Below, one piece after another: positions 13,043 through 24,743 of a DNA stretch of 64,000 nt. Source of the stretch: Zootoca vivipara (taxonomy: Eukaryota); NCBI RefSeq assembly GCF_963506605.1, contig NC_083288.1, positions 28,334,001 to 28,398,000 of the forward strand, written 5' to 3'. The notes under the pieces are model-generated. The model saw nothing but the letters and a program-made list of their open reading frames with translations, ran no database searches and was not told the DNA's origin. Position 1 is the first letter of the stretch, and the number at the start of each line of letters is the position of its first letter. Position numbers and translations under genes: made by a program.

Positions 13043-13105
13043 GTGGACTAGATTGACTTTTGGCTTGATCCAGTAGAGCTTTTCTTACATTCTTATGTAC
13101 TATAG

Positions 13106-13353
13106 AAGGCATGTCCAACAGGTAGATCACTGGACAATTGTGGTAGATCACTGGCAGATCACTGGCTCTCCCCAAATAGGCTTTCTTCCTCCCTAAAAAA
13201 GCTCAGTAACTTAGACCTGAACCCCAAAACCAGGGCTTTCCTTCCCCCCAAAAGCTCAACAACTTTCACCTGAACCCCCCCAAAGGGGGTAGATCACTGC
13301 CAGTTTTTAACTCTGCGAGTAGATCACAGTCTCTTAGGAGTTGGCCACCCCTG
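13106..13353. mobile_element. hAT-type MITE
   Basis: Imperfect TIR (aaggcatgtccaac / gttggccacccctg); 8-bp TSD tactatag at 13098-13105 and 13354-13361; internal gtagatcac repeats. Confidence 0.85.
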
Positions 13354-14185
13354 TACTATAGCATAAGATAAGGCAGCCTTCCACATTCCATCAGCTGTGA
13401 ACCGGTTATATACTTATAAACATCTGAGATTAGTGTTGCTTCTAGTCTTTGGCACTCATATAAGTTGAAGAAGCTGGGTATAATGGTTTATGTTTTGAAT
13501 TGATTTGATTAATAAATAAATAAAAACCTTTTCCTGCACTGATCTGAAAAGTCTGATCCCTAGAAGCATCTAGGGATGTATTCTCCTCTGATTGTGAACT
13601 GAAGCAATGGTAACCAGGAAAGATATTCCCTGCAGAACAACTCATGCCCTACAACACATATAGAACAGAATGTCACATCTTAGATATCTTGTCATCTCAG
13701 TTGCAGGCAGGCAGGCAGGATAAAGGAAAGAAGGAAAGAATGCAAGAAGATAGATGTGCCTTAATTCTTAATAAAGTGAAGCTGAGGAAGGAGAAAATGT
13801 GGCTCTCATGCCATGGAGGTAAGCAGTTTTTCTTTTCTTTTTTTAATCTCACTTATCCTTCTGCAAATTTTCAATCTGACCAATTTACTTAAAAAGAAAG
13901 AACTATATCCATGAACTTCAACAATCATGCTGTGAAACATACAGAAATTGTAATAATTAGGCAAGGCATAAGCAGTGTTACAAGTACACCTGATGCTGCA
14001 AAAATGCTGATATAAGTTGGGTGTGGAGCATATTGGTCTCCTTTTTATGGAGCCCCATGTCATGCTTCAAGATGTGCATGATAAATGTTTCTGAAATACA
14101 AACTTATAAACATTGGACACATGTGCATCATAACACACATAAGCATTGGTTTTTTTGTGATGGGACTCACGAGTACAGAGTACCA

Positions 14186-14188
<3 letters not shown>

Positions 14189-14251
<63 letters not shown>
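14189..14251. repeat. (CT)n microsatellite
   Basis: Direct reading. Confidence 0.95.
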
Positions 14252-14254
<3 letters not shown>

Positions 14255-15216
14255 GCTGGAACCCATGACACTTCTATCAATATATGAATACCAGCACCTA
14301 ATCCCCCCCACCCCATGCAGCACTTTACATAGGATATTCATAAGACTAAGGGGAGCACTCTCTCCTTGCTACTTGATGTTCAAGATGGCATGATGATCCT
14401 TTATGGTAACTGAGATATTTCCAAAGTCATCCCTTTTCTCCACTGAGCCTTCCCTCTCTGCTGTGCAAGTTAATGCATAGGAGGGAATGGAAAGCTTTAT
14501 CATCCTTCCCCTTCTGGAATTCATTTCACCCCACAAGCTTCCCACCTGCCAAGCCATAGGTTAGTGTATTCGCTGAGCTATTTGGGTTGCTGGTTGACAG
14601 GGCCAGAAAGTATCCCCCCCCTCCCAATTTTATTGAAACTTGGTTGGGTTCACCACCACCACCTTTCTTTCAGTGAAAAGGATGGCTTTCTTTTGTTAGG
14701 TGGGAACTTGCTGTCTTGGTATGGGGGATGGAAACATCACTGGGAAGAATCAATTTAGTAAAAAGGAGAGCCCCCTTAAAGGGCCCAAGGTAGCGGGGAC
14801 TGAGCATGGCACACTCAAACTCAGGTTGGGGTCTCTGCCTGGCTAGAACCCTCATTCTGTTTGCACAGTGAGAACTTGCCAACTTGGCTTGCATCATGAC
14901 AAGCTACACTGGCCAACTCCCATAGTGCAGGCTTGGCTTAGTCCAACTGCTGGATTCCATTCCACTAGCATCAGGCAAGTGGAATGATGCGTTGATCCTG
15001 CCCCTACTGCCATTCCAAGTAGTACCATGCTTGGTGCCATCAATGAAGATTTGGCCTGATTTCATCCCAACTTTTGGTGTCCTGTATGTTCATTTCCTGC
15101 TCTTCTGGGTGAAATAATTCACCTGCCAGGCTAATCTATTAACTTTAATGTTATCTCTTTTTTCAATGATAGATTGCAAGATCTCTTTAATCTCTGATGA
15201 AAGCACTTCATAAACT

Positions 15217-16188
15217 ATGGAACAGACTACACAAGGAAAGCAGATGAATGTTACAGAATATATCCTCTTGGGTTTTGGAAAATTCGGTCAATGGCAAAAT
15301 ATCCTATTTTTTGTTTTCCTATTGATCTATATTGCAGCCATGATTGGGAATGTACTCATTGCAATTGTAGTGGCAGTTGATCAGCATCTACATACACCCA
15401 TGTATTTCTTCCTGGGTAACTTGTCGTGCCTAGAGACTTGCTATATATCAAATGTCATGCCCAAAATGATGGTGGGCTTGTTGACTGAGGAAAATGTGAT
15501 TTCATTCAGTGGCTGTTTTGTACAGTTCTTTTTCTTTGGCTACCTAATGGCAACAGAATGCTATCTTCTCTCAGTAATGTCATATGATAGATATTTAGCA
15601 ATATGCAAACCACTGCATTACACAACAACTATGAATACGCAAATGTGCATCCAGCTAGCAGTTTCTTCATGGATAAATGGACTTATAGCTACTTTAATAC
15701 TTTTGAGTTTTATGCTAGAGTTAACATACTGTGGACCCAATGAAATTGATCATTATTTCTGTGATTCTGTCCCACTTATAAAACTTTCATGTAGTGACAC
15801 CAACCTGGTGGAAGTTGTGAGTTTTGTCCTGGCATTCATATTTACCCTACCACCTTTTCTCCTCACCTTGACATCCTACATATTCATCATAACTACTATC
15901 TTGAAAATTCCTTCTACAACTGGGAGGAAAAAAGCCTTTTCCACTTGCTCCTCTCACCTTATTGTGGTTTCTACCTTCTACGGAACCATCATGATAGTGT
16001 ATATGTTACGAAAGAGAGACACACTCCATGATCTCAACAAAGCCTTCTCTCTCTTGTATACAGTCCTGCCCCCTGTTGCAAATCCTCTTATATACAGCTT
16101 GAGAAATAAGGAGGTAAAGCATGCCATAGGGAAATTATTTTGGAAATATTGCATTCCCCCAAGAAGCTGGAGAGAATTGTTACAATGA
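15217..16188 (+). CDS. Olfactory receptor, class II (OR11/OR6-like), 323 aa, intact
   Basis: LHTPMYFFLGNLS, MSYDRYLAICKPLHY, HYFCD, KAFSTCSSHL, PVANPLIYSLRN; NVT glycosylation site; clear paralog of the 4260 OR. Confidence 0.97.
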   Translation: MEQTTQGKQMNVTEYILLGFGKFGQWQNILFFVFLLIYIAAMIGNVLIAIVVAVDQHLHTPMYFFLGNLSCLETCYISNVMPKMMVGLLTEENVISFSGCFVQFFFFGYLMATECYLLSVMSYDRYLAICKPLHYTTTMNTQMCIQLAVSSWINGLIATLILLSFMLELTYCGPNEIDHYFCDSVPLIKLSCSDTNLVEVVSFVLAFIFTLPPFLLTLTSYIFIITTILKIPSTTGRKKAFSTCSSHLIVVSTFYGTIMIVYMLRKRDTLHDLNKAFSLLYTVLPPVANPLIYSLRNKEVKHAIGKLFWKYCIPPRSWRELLQ

Positions 16189-16899
16189 TTAAGAAAAAGC
16201 AGTTGTGAAGCAGCTTCATAATCAGAATTTCAGGTATGTTTTCCTTGAACTATTTTACCTCTTTTATCCCCACCCCCACCCCGAAGGATATGCTGAAATA
16301 GTGTGCAAGTTGACCTTGTTGTCTTAGTAATATTGTAATGAAATATTACAGTAAATTGTCTCTATAATGTGTTTTTGTTCATACTGCTTTACCATGTGTA
16401 CTTATTATTCTGCTTAATAAAAATAATGTATTCCTACTTTGTCATTCCTTTGAGATATTCCTTTCTCCACATTAACAGCAACACTTGGAGCTGTAACTCA
16501 CTTTCGTCCTCCTTGCCCTGCTTATGTGTGCCTGTGAGTTTCATAGAATCAGAATTCTGGAGTTGGAAGGCACTCCAAAAGTAACCCAGTCCACTCCCAG
16601 CAATGCATGAATCACAGCTCAAGAGTCCTGGACAGGTGGCCATCCAACCTCTGTCCAGAAACGTCCAATGAAGGAGAGTTTCTATAAACATTTTCCTACC
16701 TTCTTAACTAGGAAGGGGTGACACTTTTGTTTTGCTCTATCCTACATATTATTCAGATTATTAATTTGATCATTATTATTACACATTATTACACACTTAT
16801 ACACAATTATGTGTATAGTTCCATTCCAATCTACACAAGGTGGTTTTGCCTCGCAGTGTGAGCCCCAATGAAGCAGAAAACGAGGTGAGTTCCATCCAT

Positions 16900-17335
16900 G
16901 GCTTGCTTCCACAGGTGTCCACAGGCAGGGATGTTGCAATGGGCGACGGGGGCGGTTCGCCCCAGGTTCCACTCGGGGGGGGGGTGCCACTTGGCGCCCC
17001 CACCCCTGCGACTCCCAAGCCGAGCCTCCAGCCTCCCGGTAAAAAGTCCGTGCCAAGTGGACTTTTTACCAGGAGGCTGGAGGCTCGGCTTGGTAGTTGC
17101 AGGGGTGTGGGCGCCAAGTGGCATCCCCCCGTCGCACCGCGCGGATTGGAGTTGTGGGGGGCAGCAATACCCCACTACATAACATGCATGTGCAGCGGGA
17201 TGCTGCACATGCATCGTTATGTGGCGGGGTATTGCCGCCCCCCGCGCCTCCAAAGCTGCACGCCTCCAGCTACAAACTCCAGGTAAAAAGCCTGCTCCCC
17301 ATAGGCCCTCGCAGGAGGTAGAGAGGAGAAAAGCC
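16900..17335. mobile_element. GC-rich foldback MITE-like element
   Basis: Ends ggcttgcttcc / gagaaaagcc (weak TIR); two long internal hairpins at 16985-17123 and 17157-17241. Confidence 0.5.
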
Positions 17336-17725
17336 TATATAAATCTTCTCACTCCAGTGATTAGGGTCATTTTGCCCTGCAAATTTCCTGCCCACCAGCC
17401 TTTGAGTTAGAGCCTTTACAGAGCTATTTGGGTTGCTGGTTGACAGGGCTGGAAATCACCCCCCCCCCACACACACACACCCCTGATTGTCTCTGGGTTG
17501 GAGTTTTTCCATCTTTCCCTCAGTAAAATGTATGGTTTCCTTTTGTTAGGCAAAATGATGCTGTATGCATAGGGATGGAAATGGTATTGGGAAGGATTAA
17601 CATAGTGAAAGGGGGCCCCATAAGGGACCTGGAAGCTGCCTGCCTGGAATCCTCAGCCCAGTTGCCCAGTGAGACTTTGCCAGCTTGGCTTGTACCATGA
17701 CAGGGTTCAGCACTGGATGACTGCC

Positions 17726-17726
<1 letters not shown>

Positions 17727-17767
<41 letters not shown>
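17727..17767. repeat. (ATT)n microsatellite
   Basis: Direct reading. Confidence 0.95.
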
Positions 17768-18089
17768 GCTGTCCCTAAACATGTAGGTGTCCCTAAACAG
17801 GGTTGAACTGATGGGGTCTGAATTAATAATAGAGCTGCTAATCTGCATAACAGGCACAAGAGGGCAGTAGAAGACAACAGATAGCAACACTGAGTGTGGC
17901 ACAGACAGATGGACTAAATTTTTAATTGGTACTCATAATGAACACCAGGGTGCAGAAAGTCATATACTGATGTGACTGTATGTTCTCCACTTCATGTAAC
18001 AGATCATTTAGGTGTTAGTGAATTATGCCTAAACTGTACAGTGAAATGTGGGGGTTTCTTTTCATGCATAATAATTTAAGAATGTCAAG

Positions 18090-18460
18090 GAAAGCCAAAA
18101 GGATTTTAACAAAGGCTAGCAATTTTTGGTGGGGAGACAAGGAAGTTCAATACAACCCAAAAACATATATCCAAATGGGGTGAATGGGCATCAACATGCC
18201 AAATATGATTCAGCGCAAGCAAGCGTACATTGGGGCCAAAAATGCTAACTTCACACAAAAGTCACCTATTGGTAACTGACCTGGAAAGAGACTTTGGGGT
18301 CATGGTGGACAGCTACATTAAAATGCTGACTCAATGTGAAACAGTTGTGAAAAAGGTGAATTCTGTGTTAGGGAACGCTGGAAAAGGGGATCCAAAATAA
18401 AACTGCCAACATCACAATCTCCTTATATAAATCTATGATGCAAGTGCAATTGGAATTTCA
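18090..18460 (+). mobile_element. Degraded CR1 LINE fragment
   Basis: gaaagagactttggggtcatggtggac...aaaaggtgaattctgtgttaggg resembles the CR1 RT C-terminal region seen intact at 20846-21109. Confidence 0.55.
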
Positions 18461-18603
18461 ACCTCCAACACAAAACCCACTCCTCCTCTTTTAACTTACT
18501 TGTTGCTAAACTTCTAATGCAGCCCAGCCAGGCAGTTAGTGCAGAGCTATGACAAGATATGCAAGGATGAGCAGTTTAAGATGCAGTGGATCTATGCTTC
18601 GGC

Positions 18604-18884
18604 CAGTGGCGTTCCTAGCCCAGCTGGTACCGGGTGCGGTGCCTGTGTGGCACCCCGTACTGAGTGCGCACGTGCGGGTTGCCATGCGTGCGCAGTCCGC
18701 ATGGGGCGGCACTGGCATGCGGCAGCCCACAACAGGGTGCCGCTTGCGTGGCAGCCCGTACGGACTGTGCATGTGCAGGGGGAGGTGGTGGGTGGGCCAG
18801 GGAGGGGCATGCCAAGTGTCACACTCCCAGGGTGGCACCCGGGGTGGACCGCCCCCTTGGTACACCCCCCTTGCTACGCCCCTG
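18604..18884. mobile_element. GC-rich non-autonomous hAT-type element
   Basis: TIR cagtggcgt / acgcccctg; 8-bp TSD gcttcggc (18596-18603) / gcttcagc (18885-18892). Confidence 0.8.
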
Positions 18885-20001
18885 GCTTCAGCTGGCTGAT
18901 TCCCAGCTCAACCAGGCTCAGCCAGTGTTATGTCCCCAACCCAGATCAGTCAAAGATATGCTGAAGTAATTTACTCAGCCAGTTGATCTGAAACTGGCTA
19001 AAATGAGGGTGGTGTAATTCCCCCTAAAGGGAAAAGACCAAGTGGGTAGGGTGGGGGGGGTGGGACTCAGGCTGGATTTTAGGCCCCTTCAGCTCAGTCA
19101 CCTGACCTGGCAACCCAGTACAAAATACTATTCTGCCAGACTTAATTTAGGCAGCTGGCCACTGGGTTTTTTTTAATCAGTGCCAGTGATGGTGGGATGA
19201 AATTGGATGGGGGAATAAGTGGTGAAATCATGTGGGGGTGGGGCCTGAGCACATGGGGGTGGCAACATGTGTGTGGGGTGCCCTGGCTTTTGGCTCAAAG
19301 AAGTTGGAGTTATGAGCTGGCAGTAGTCTGTCCCCACCAAGAGTTTGGTAATAGCTTTTTGCAGCAGCTCAAGCTTCCTCAAGTGGTCCTAAGATAGAGC
19401 ATGTTCATTACACATTGATGAATTGGAACATCTGTATAGCTCTGTTCAGGTATTATTAGAATCTGGGTTAAATAACTCATGTAGGAGCTGTCCCCAAGAG
19501 CTTCGCTCCTGATCTTGGTGTGTTCAGCATGAAAGTGTGAAGGGAACTTCTATCCATGTTCAGCTGAATGTGATTAGGATGCCCTTCAGACTTCCTCATT
19601 CACTACAAGAACATCCAGGGAACCAGCCCAGGACATTTTGCTGCTTGCCCTGCCTCTGTGCTGCCACTACATCCTAGCCTGTGCTGCCACTGCTGCTGCA
19701 GCTCAGGCTTGATGGGGCGGAGAGGGTGCAGCAGCAGGGCACAGGTACATAAGTGGTCTGGGCACAGAGGTGTCAGCAACAAGTGGCACACTTCTCAGTC
19801 TCAGATCTGCTGCCTGAGGCATTGGCCTTCCCTTGCCTTGCCTCATGGGAACACTAAGGTGGAATGAGTGGCAATTGGATATGCAGGGATACTTGGGATG
19901 GGGTGGTGCACACAGCCCAGTGTCCCCCCAACACAGTTTATCACCGATGCACATAAAGAGGACTACTGTTTCAGAAATGCAGATCTTTACAGCAAGGTTG
20001 G

Positions 20002-21995
20002 CAGGGCCGGTGCTAGGGTTTTTTGCGCCCTAGGCGAGATCACCTTCTGCCCCCCCCCCCCGGGCCAATCATATTTCAAACACATGTGAAAGCAAGTAAG
20101 CAAATGACACTGGCTGATTCTTAGCCTTCCTTTTCTACTCTGTCTCCCTCCCCCAAATCCCTTGTATTCGTAAAAAGAAATGAGGAGGAGCTACCTTATG
20201 CTCAGTCCAATCAATGGTCTGCCTTATTCAAAACATAATTTTCTTTTATTCTTTTTATTGTGTAGAAAATGTGCAAAAGGTGCATATTTGTAACAAATTC
20301 CACCTCAAGTGCTATATAACGAGTGCCACCATCATTTTTATTCAATCATATATATTTTTCTACCTTCCCTACTGTTTTCTATTGCTCGGCAAACTATGCC
20401 TCAATGGTGTTGCGTTTGCGGGGGGGGGGGACTTCTCGTCTGGTCCAGCATAGAATCATAGAGTTGGAAGAGACCACAAGGGCCATCCAGTCCAACCCCC
20501 TGCCAAGCAGGAAACACCATCAAAGCATTCCTGAGAGATGGCTGTCAAGCCTCTGCTTAAAGACCTCCAAAGGAGGAGAGTCCAACACACTCCTTGGTAG
20601 CAAATTCCACTGCCGAACAGCTCTTACTGTCAGGAAGTTATTCCTAATGTTTAGGTGGAATCTTCTTTCTTGTAGTTTGAATCCATTGCTCCGTGTCCGC
20701 TTCTCTGGAGCAGTAGAAAACAACCTTTGTCCCGCCTCTATATGACATCCTTTAATACATTTGAACATGGCTATCATATTATCCCTCAACCTTCTCTTCT
20801 CGAGGCTAAACATACCCAGCTCCCTAAGCCATTCCTCATAAGGCATCATTTCCAGGCCTTTGCACAGCCTTTGACCATTTTGGTTGCCCTCCTCTGGACA
20901 CATTCCAGCTTGTCAGTATGCTTCTTGAACTGTGGTGCCCAGAACTGGACACAGTACTCCAGGTGAGGTCTGACCAGAGCAGAATACAGTGGTACTATTA
21001 CTTCCCTTGATCTAGACGCTATACTCCTATTGATGCAGCCCAGAATTGCATTGGCCTTTTTAGCTGCTGCATTACACTGTTGACTCATGTCAAGTTTGTG
21101 GTCTACCAAGACTCCTAGTTCCTTTTCACATGTACTGCTCTCAAGCCAGGTGTCACCAATCCTTTATTTGTGCCTTTCTTTCTTTTTTGACCAAGTGTAG
21201 TACTTTACATTTCTCCTTGTTAAAATTCATCTTGTTTGCTTTGGCCCAGTTGTCTAATCTGTTAAGGTCATTTTGATGTTAGGAACAGCAGGTCCCCCAT
21301 CGCAGCTCCCATCCTGGGCGTCCTGGGCGGCCAGCCAGGCTCCTGGGGCTGCCGGTTCGAATCCCAACCCGGGACTGAGCCTGAAGGAAGCAGGGGCCCC
21401 CGGGTGCCCGCTTGGCGAAGAGGCATCCCCAAGAAAGCGACGGCGTGGCTGCTGCTGCTGTTTACCCGGTCCGGCTCCGGCTCTGGCTCCTGCTCCGGCA
21501 CTGCGCTCGCCTGAGCCGTTCTGGGCGGGCATGGGCAGGGCCGGGGCGCCTCCGACCGACCCTCCAGCCCGTGGGCGCCCAGCTGGGCCGGGGCTGGGCG
21601 GGAGGAGGGTCAAGGCAGTTCCGGCCCCACCCGGGGAGGGGCCGCCGCCGCGCAGGAAGCCGCCCCCCAGAGCACGGCCAGGCGGAGGGGCAGTCGCGGT
21701 CTCCCAAATGTCGGGAGCGTCAGCCCCTCCCACATTTTACAGTGCGGCTGTGGTGGACTCTGGCGGACGCCACACAGCTGTCTGGCAGGCGCCTTGGGCG
21801 CCGCGCGCCTCGGGCGCTGCACGGTTGCCGCCCGCGGGTGACGCACGGCTGCCACGGGTGCAGCGGCGTGGCGCCCCTGGCAGCCCGGCCGACGGCAGCA
21901 CCGGGCGGCGGGCGCGGGCGGGCCAGCGCAGCGCCCCCTCCAGTTTCACGCCCTAGGTCACCGCCTAGTGCGCCTTGATGGACGCACCGGCCCTG
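20002..21995. mobile_element. GC-rich non-autonomous hAT-type element with nested CR1
   Basis: TIR cagggccggtgc / gcaccggccctg; TSD aaggttgg (19994-20001) / aagtttgg (21996-22003). Confidence 0.85.
20449..21276 (-). mobile_element. CR1 LINE 3' fragment
   Basis: ORFs [19 protein letters not shown] and LGMFSLEKRRLR...NFLTVRAVRQWN; terminal (ATTCTATG)-type repeats at 20449-20462. Confidence 0.93.
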
Positions 21996-23609
21996 AAGTT
22001 TGGCCTACTAGTGGTCTAGAGATAGCCTACCCCAAGCAGTTCCGTCTGGTCCCAGACACAGGAAATGAAAGTTTTCTCTCACTTTCACCCTAAGGAAAAG
22101 AAAGTTGTCGTGTGGAGATATACCTTTCAATAGCCTCCTCAATGTGATGGTCTGCAGATGTTCTAGATTACAACTCTAATAATGCCTGACCATTGGCTAT
22201 GCTGCCAGGGCTGATAAGAGTTGTAGGTCAAAAACATCTGGAGGCCACCAGGTTGAGGGATGCTGTTGTGCTACAACCCATACCTTTTTGAGTGCATGTG
22301 CTTCTTAACTATGAAGCCCTTACAACTAGGTAATGCCTACTTTCAGACCCTCTAAGTGCCCCTAATTTCAAAGGACAGTCTCAGATTTACAGAAGCCATC
22401 GCCGTTTCTGATTTGATTTTGCAATGTCCAACTTTTCCTTAGAATGTCCCTATTTTCATTGGAGAAGTGTTGGAGAGTATGAAATTATGCAGCCCACCCC
22501 CCACCAAGGAGATAAGTAATTAGACAACCTTTAGAAGGTACTGTATCTGAAGGCAGCCCTGTATAGAGAAGTTGTTTCATATTTTATTATTATTATTAAA
22601 TACTGCATGTTGAAAATTGCTCAGAGTGGCTGAGGCAACCCAGTCAGATGGGTGGGGTATCATCATCATCATCATTATCATTAAATAGAACGTCCCTGTT
22701 TTCATGGGAGAAATGTTGGAGGGTATGGGCACCCCATGTAGCAATTTGGTTATCTGGCAAAACATTCTTCTGGCCCTCAGGCAATTATCCACAAAGCTGG
22801 ATTAATTTTACAGTAAATTCCATGCTATAAGGATAAGTCTATCAATGGGGACTAGCCACAATGGCTATATTCTACAAGCACTGCCAGAGGCCTCTGAATA
22901 CCCGTTGCTGGGAATTAGAAGTGGGGGGAGCACTGTTGCATTAAGGTTCTGTTTGTGGGCTTCCTACAGGCGTCCAGTTGTCCACTGTGGGAACAGGATG
23001 CCATACTAGATGGGACTTTGGCCACATCCAGCAGTGCCCTTATGTTCTTAAGCCCCTTAAATATTTGCTGTAAATTCTTCCTGGCTTATTAACAATGTGA
23101 ACAACAGAGATGTTGTTAAGTGCATCAGCTATAGAGTGGCACTATATCGTCCGCGACTGGACCTAATGGTCAGGGATACCTTTACCTTTTATTTGCACTA
23201 GTGGCAAGAAAATTAAGGGCAACCTTTCTGGGCAGTGCAAGTGCCAAACCTTAGGGATGCTGACTAGAAGGAACATTCATAAATCTTCGACATTGTAGAT
23301 TTGTCCTGGTCAAGTGCATGTAATGTCTTTTGTTTTGTAGCTGTGTGATTTGCACTCGTTTTGTATTGTGCTGGCCATTGGCTATAAACAATAAAACTAA
23401 TTGTCTTATTGATGTAAACAACAGCATTAGACATCAGGCCTTTGTTTTGTACAGTTAAAAAAATAATTTGGCATAACATTCGCCTCTCACTCGTATCTCT
23501 CTCTCCCACCTGCCTGTCACACAACCAATGCTGTACCTTGGAGACTCCCATGCACAGTTCAGCTCCGAACTTTGGTGCCAGAAGGCTTTCTTTCTTCCCT
23601 CCCTCATCA

Positions 23610-24090
23610 ACAAGGCCTCAAGAGTTTTGCCAAGTTATAATTAGGGCTTTTGTGTTTGCTCAAAGCCCTCAGAGAAACTGACAGAACTCTCACTCCCAGA
23701 GGGAGAAGGCTGAGAGACATTCACTCCTATACTGTAATTACTTTGAGTAAAACTTTTTAATGACCTGGGCTGCTGCTAACTACTAAATATGAAGCACCTT
23801 GTTAATCAGGCTACACGTTAATGATAGAAGGTTGTCAAGGGGAACAATAGTAATTTTTTTAAAAAATCATTTCTCATCAGCAGACTCCTGTGTCATGGTC
23901 TGCTTACGAAAGGGCCTAGGAATTATGTTCAGGATGTGATCTAAAGATATATTTACACTTCAACACTATTAATTTCAGTGCAGCCAGTCCAATTTAGCAC
24001 TAAGATGTGTAGGGAGACAACCCTACCAAATTCATTTGGCTTAACCTTAAATTGCCTTATATACTGTCTTCCTAATTGGCAGGCACCGTG
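23610..24090. promoter_or_regulatory. Candidate olfactory receptor enhancer (H/P-element or Greek-island-like)
   Basis: Exact AACTTTTTAATGA at 23751-23763; TAATNN homeodomain sites at 23638, 23735, 23803, 23819, 24073; O/E-like YYYCARRRR at 23616, 23667, 23694; no repeat recognised here. Confidence 0.55.
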
Positions 24091-24224
24091 CATATATTAC
24101 GTTTCCTCCAACCTGCTTCTCCCAGCTCTGCTTGCCCACCATTACACACACACATTTTGGAGAAATATTGAAGATACCTTTGCAAAATTTTATTGTGATC
24201 AGTGAGAAATAAAAATAAAAATAA

Positions 24225-24415
24225 AAAAAAATCCTTCCAGTAGCACCTTAGAGACCAACTAAGTTTGTCATAGGTATGAGCTTTCATGTGCATGCACACT
24301 TCTTCAGATACACTGGAACAAAAGTCACCAGACCCTTATCTATAGTCAGAGGGTGGGGAGGGGAATTATTTTTTGTTTTGACTATGTCAGACCAACACAG
24401 CTACCTACCTGTAAC
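24225..24415. mobile_element. Small inverted Penelope remnant with hammerhead motif (24274-24311, -)
   Basis: - strand pLTR piece 24225-24364 followed by + strand 3' tail gaccaacacagctacctacctgtaac. Confidence 0.85.
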
Positions 24416-24418
24416 AAG

Positions 24419-24743
24419 CAGGGTTGTCTCTAGGCCCAGGTACAGTGGCACGGGGCACCAGGGCGCCAGCCCACCAGGGGCGCCGTTGCGCCCGTTGCGC
24501 CCGCTGAGAGGTGCGGTGGAGGCCGCCCCAGGCACGCATCTCAGTTGTTTCAGCGGCTTCAGGCAGCGCCCCCTGGCCCAGGCCCGGCCCTATGGTCAGG
24601 CTGGATGGTGCAGGGCGCCGGCCCTCCAGGCGGCAGCTGCGCTGTGTGCGGCGCCCACCCACCCTCTGCGCTGGGAAAAAGGGCGGGGGGGCGCTGGAGG
24701 GATCAGTCGTGCCAGGGCGCCAGGTATGCTTAAGACGGCCCTG
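24419..24743. mobile_element. GC-rich non-autonomous hAT-type element
   Basis: TIR cagggttgtct / agacggccctg; perfect TSD gtaacaag at 24411-24418 and 24744-24751. Confidence 0.88.

Noticed and set aside
21254-21978. Several 160-227 aa GC-rich ORFs on both strands
   Set aside because: Low-complexity Pro/Ala/Gly/Arg frames inside a TSD-flanked non-autonomous element; stop-poor by composition, no domain motifs.
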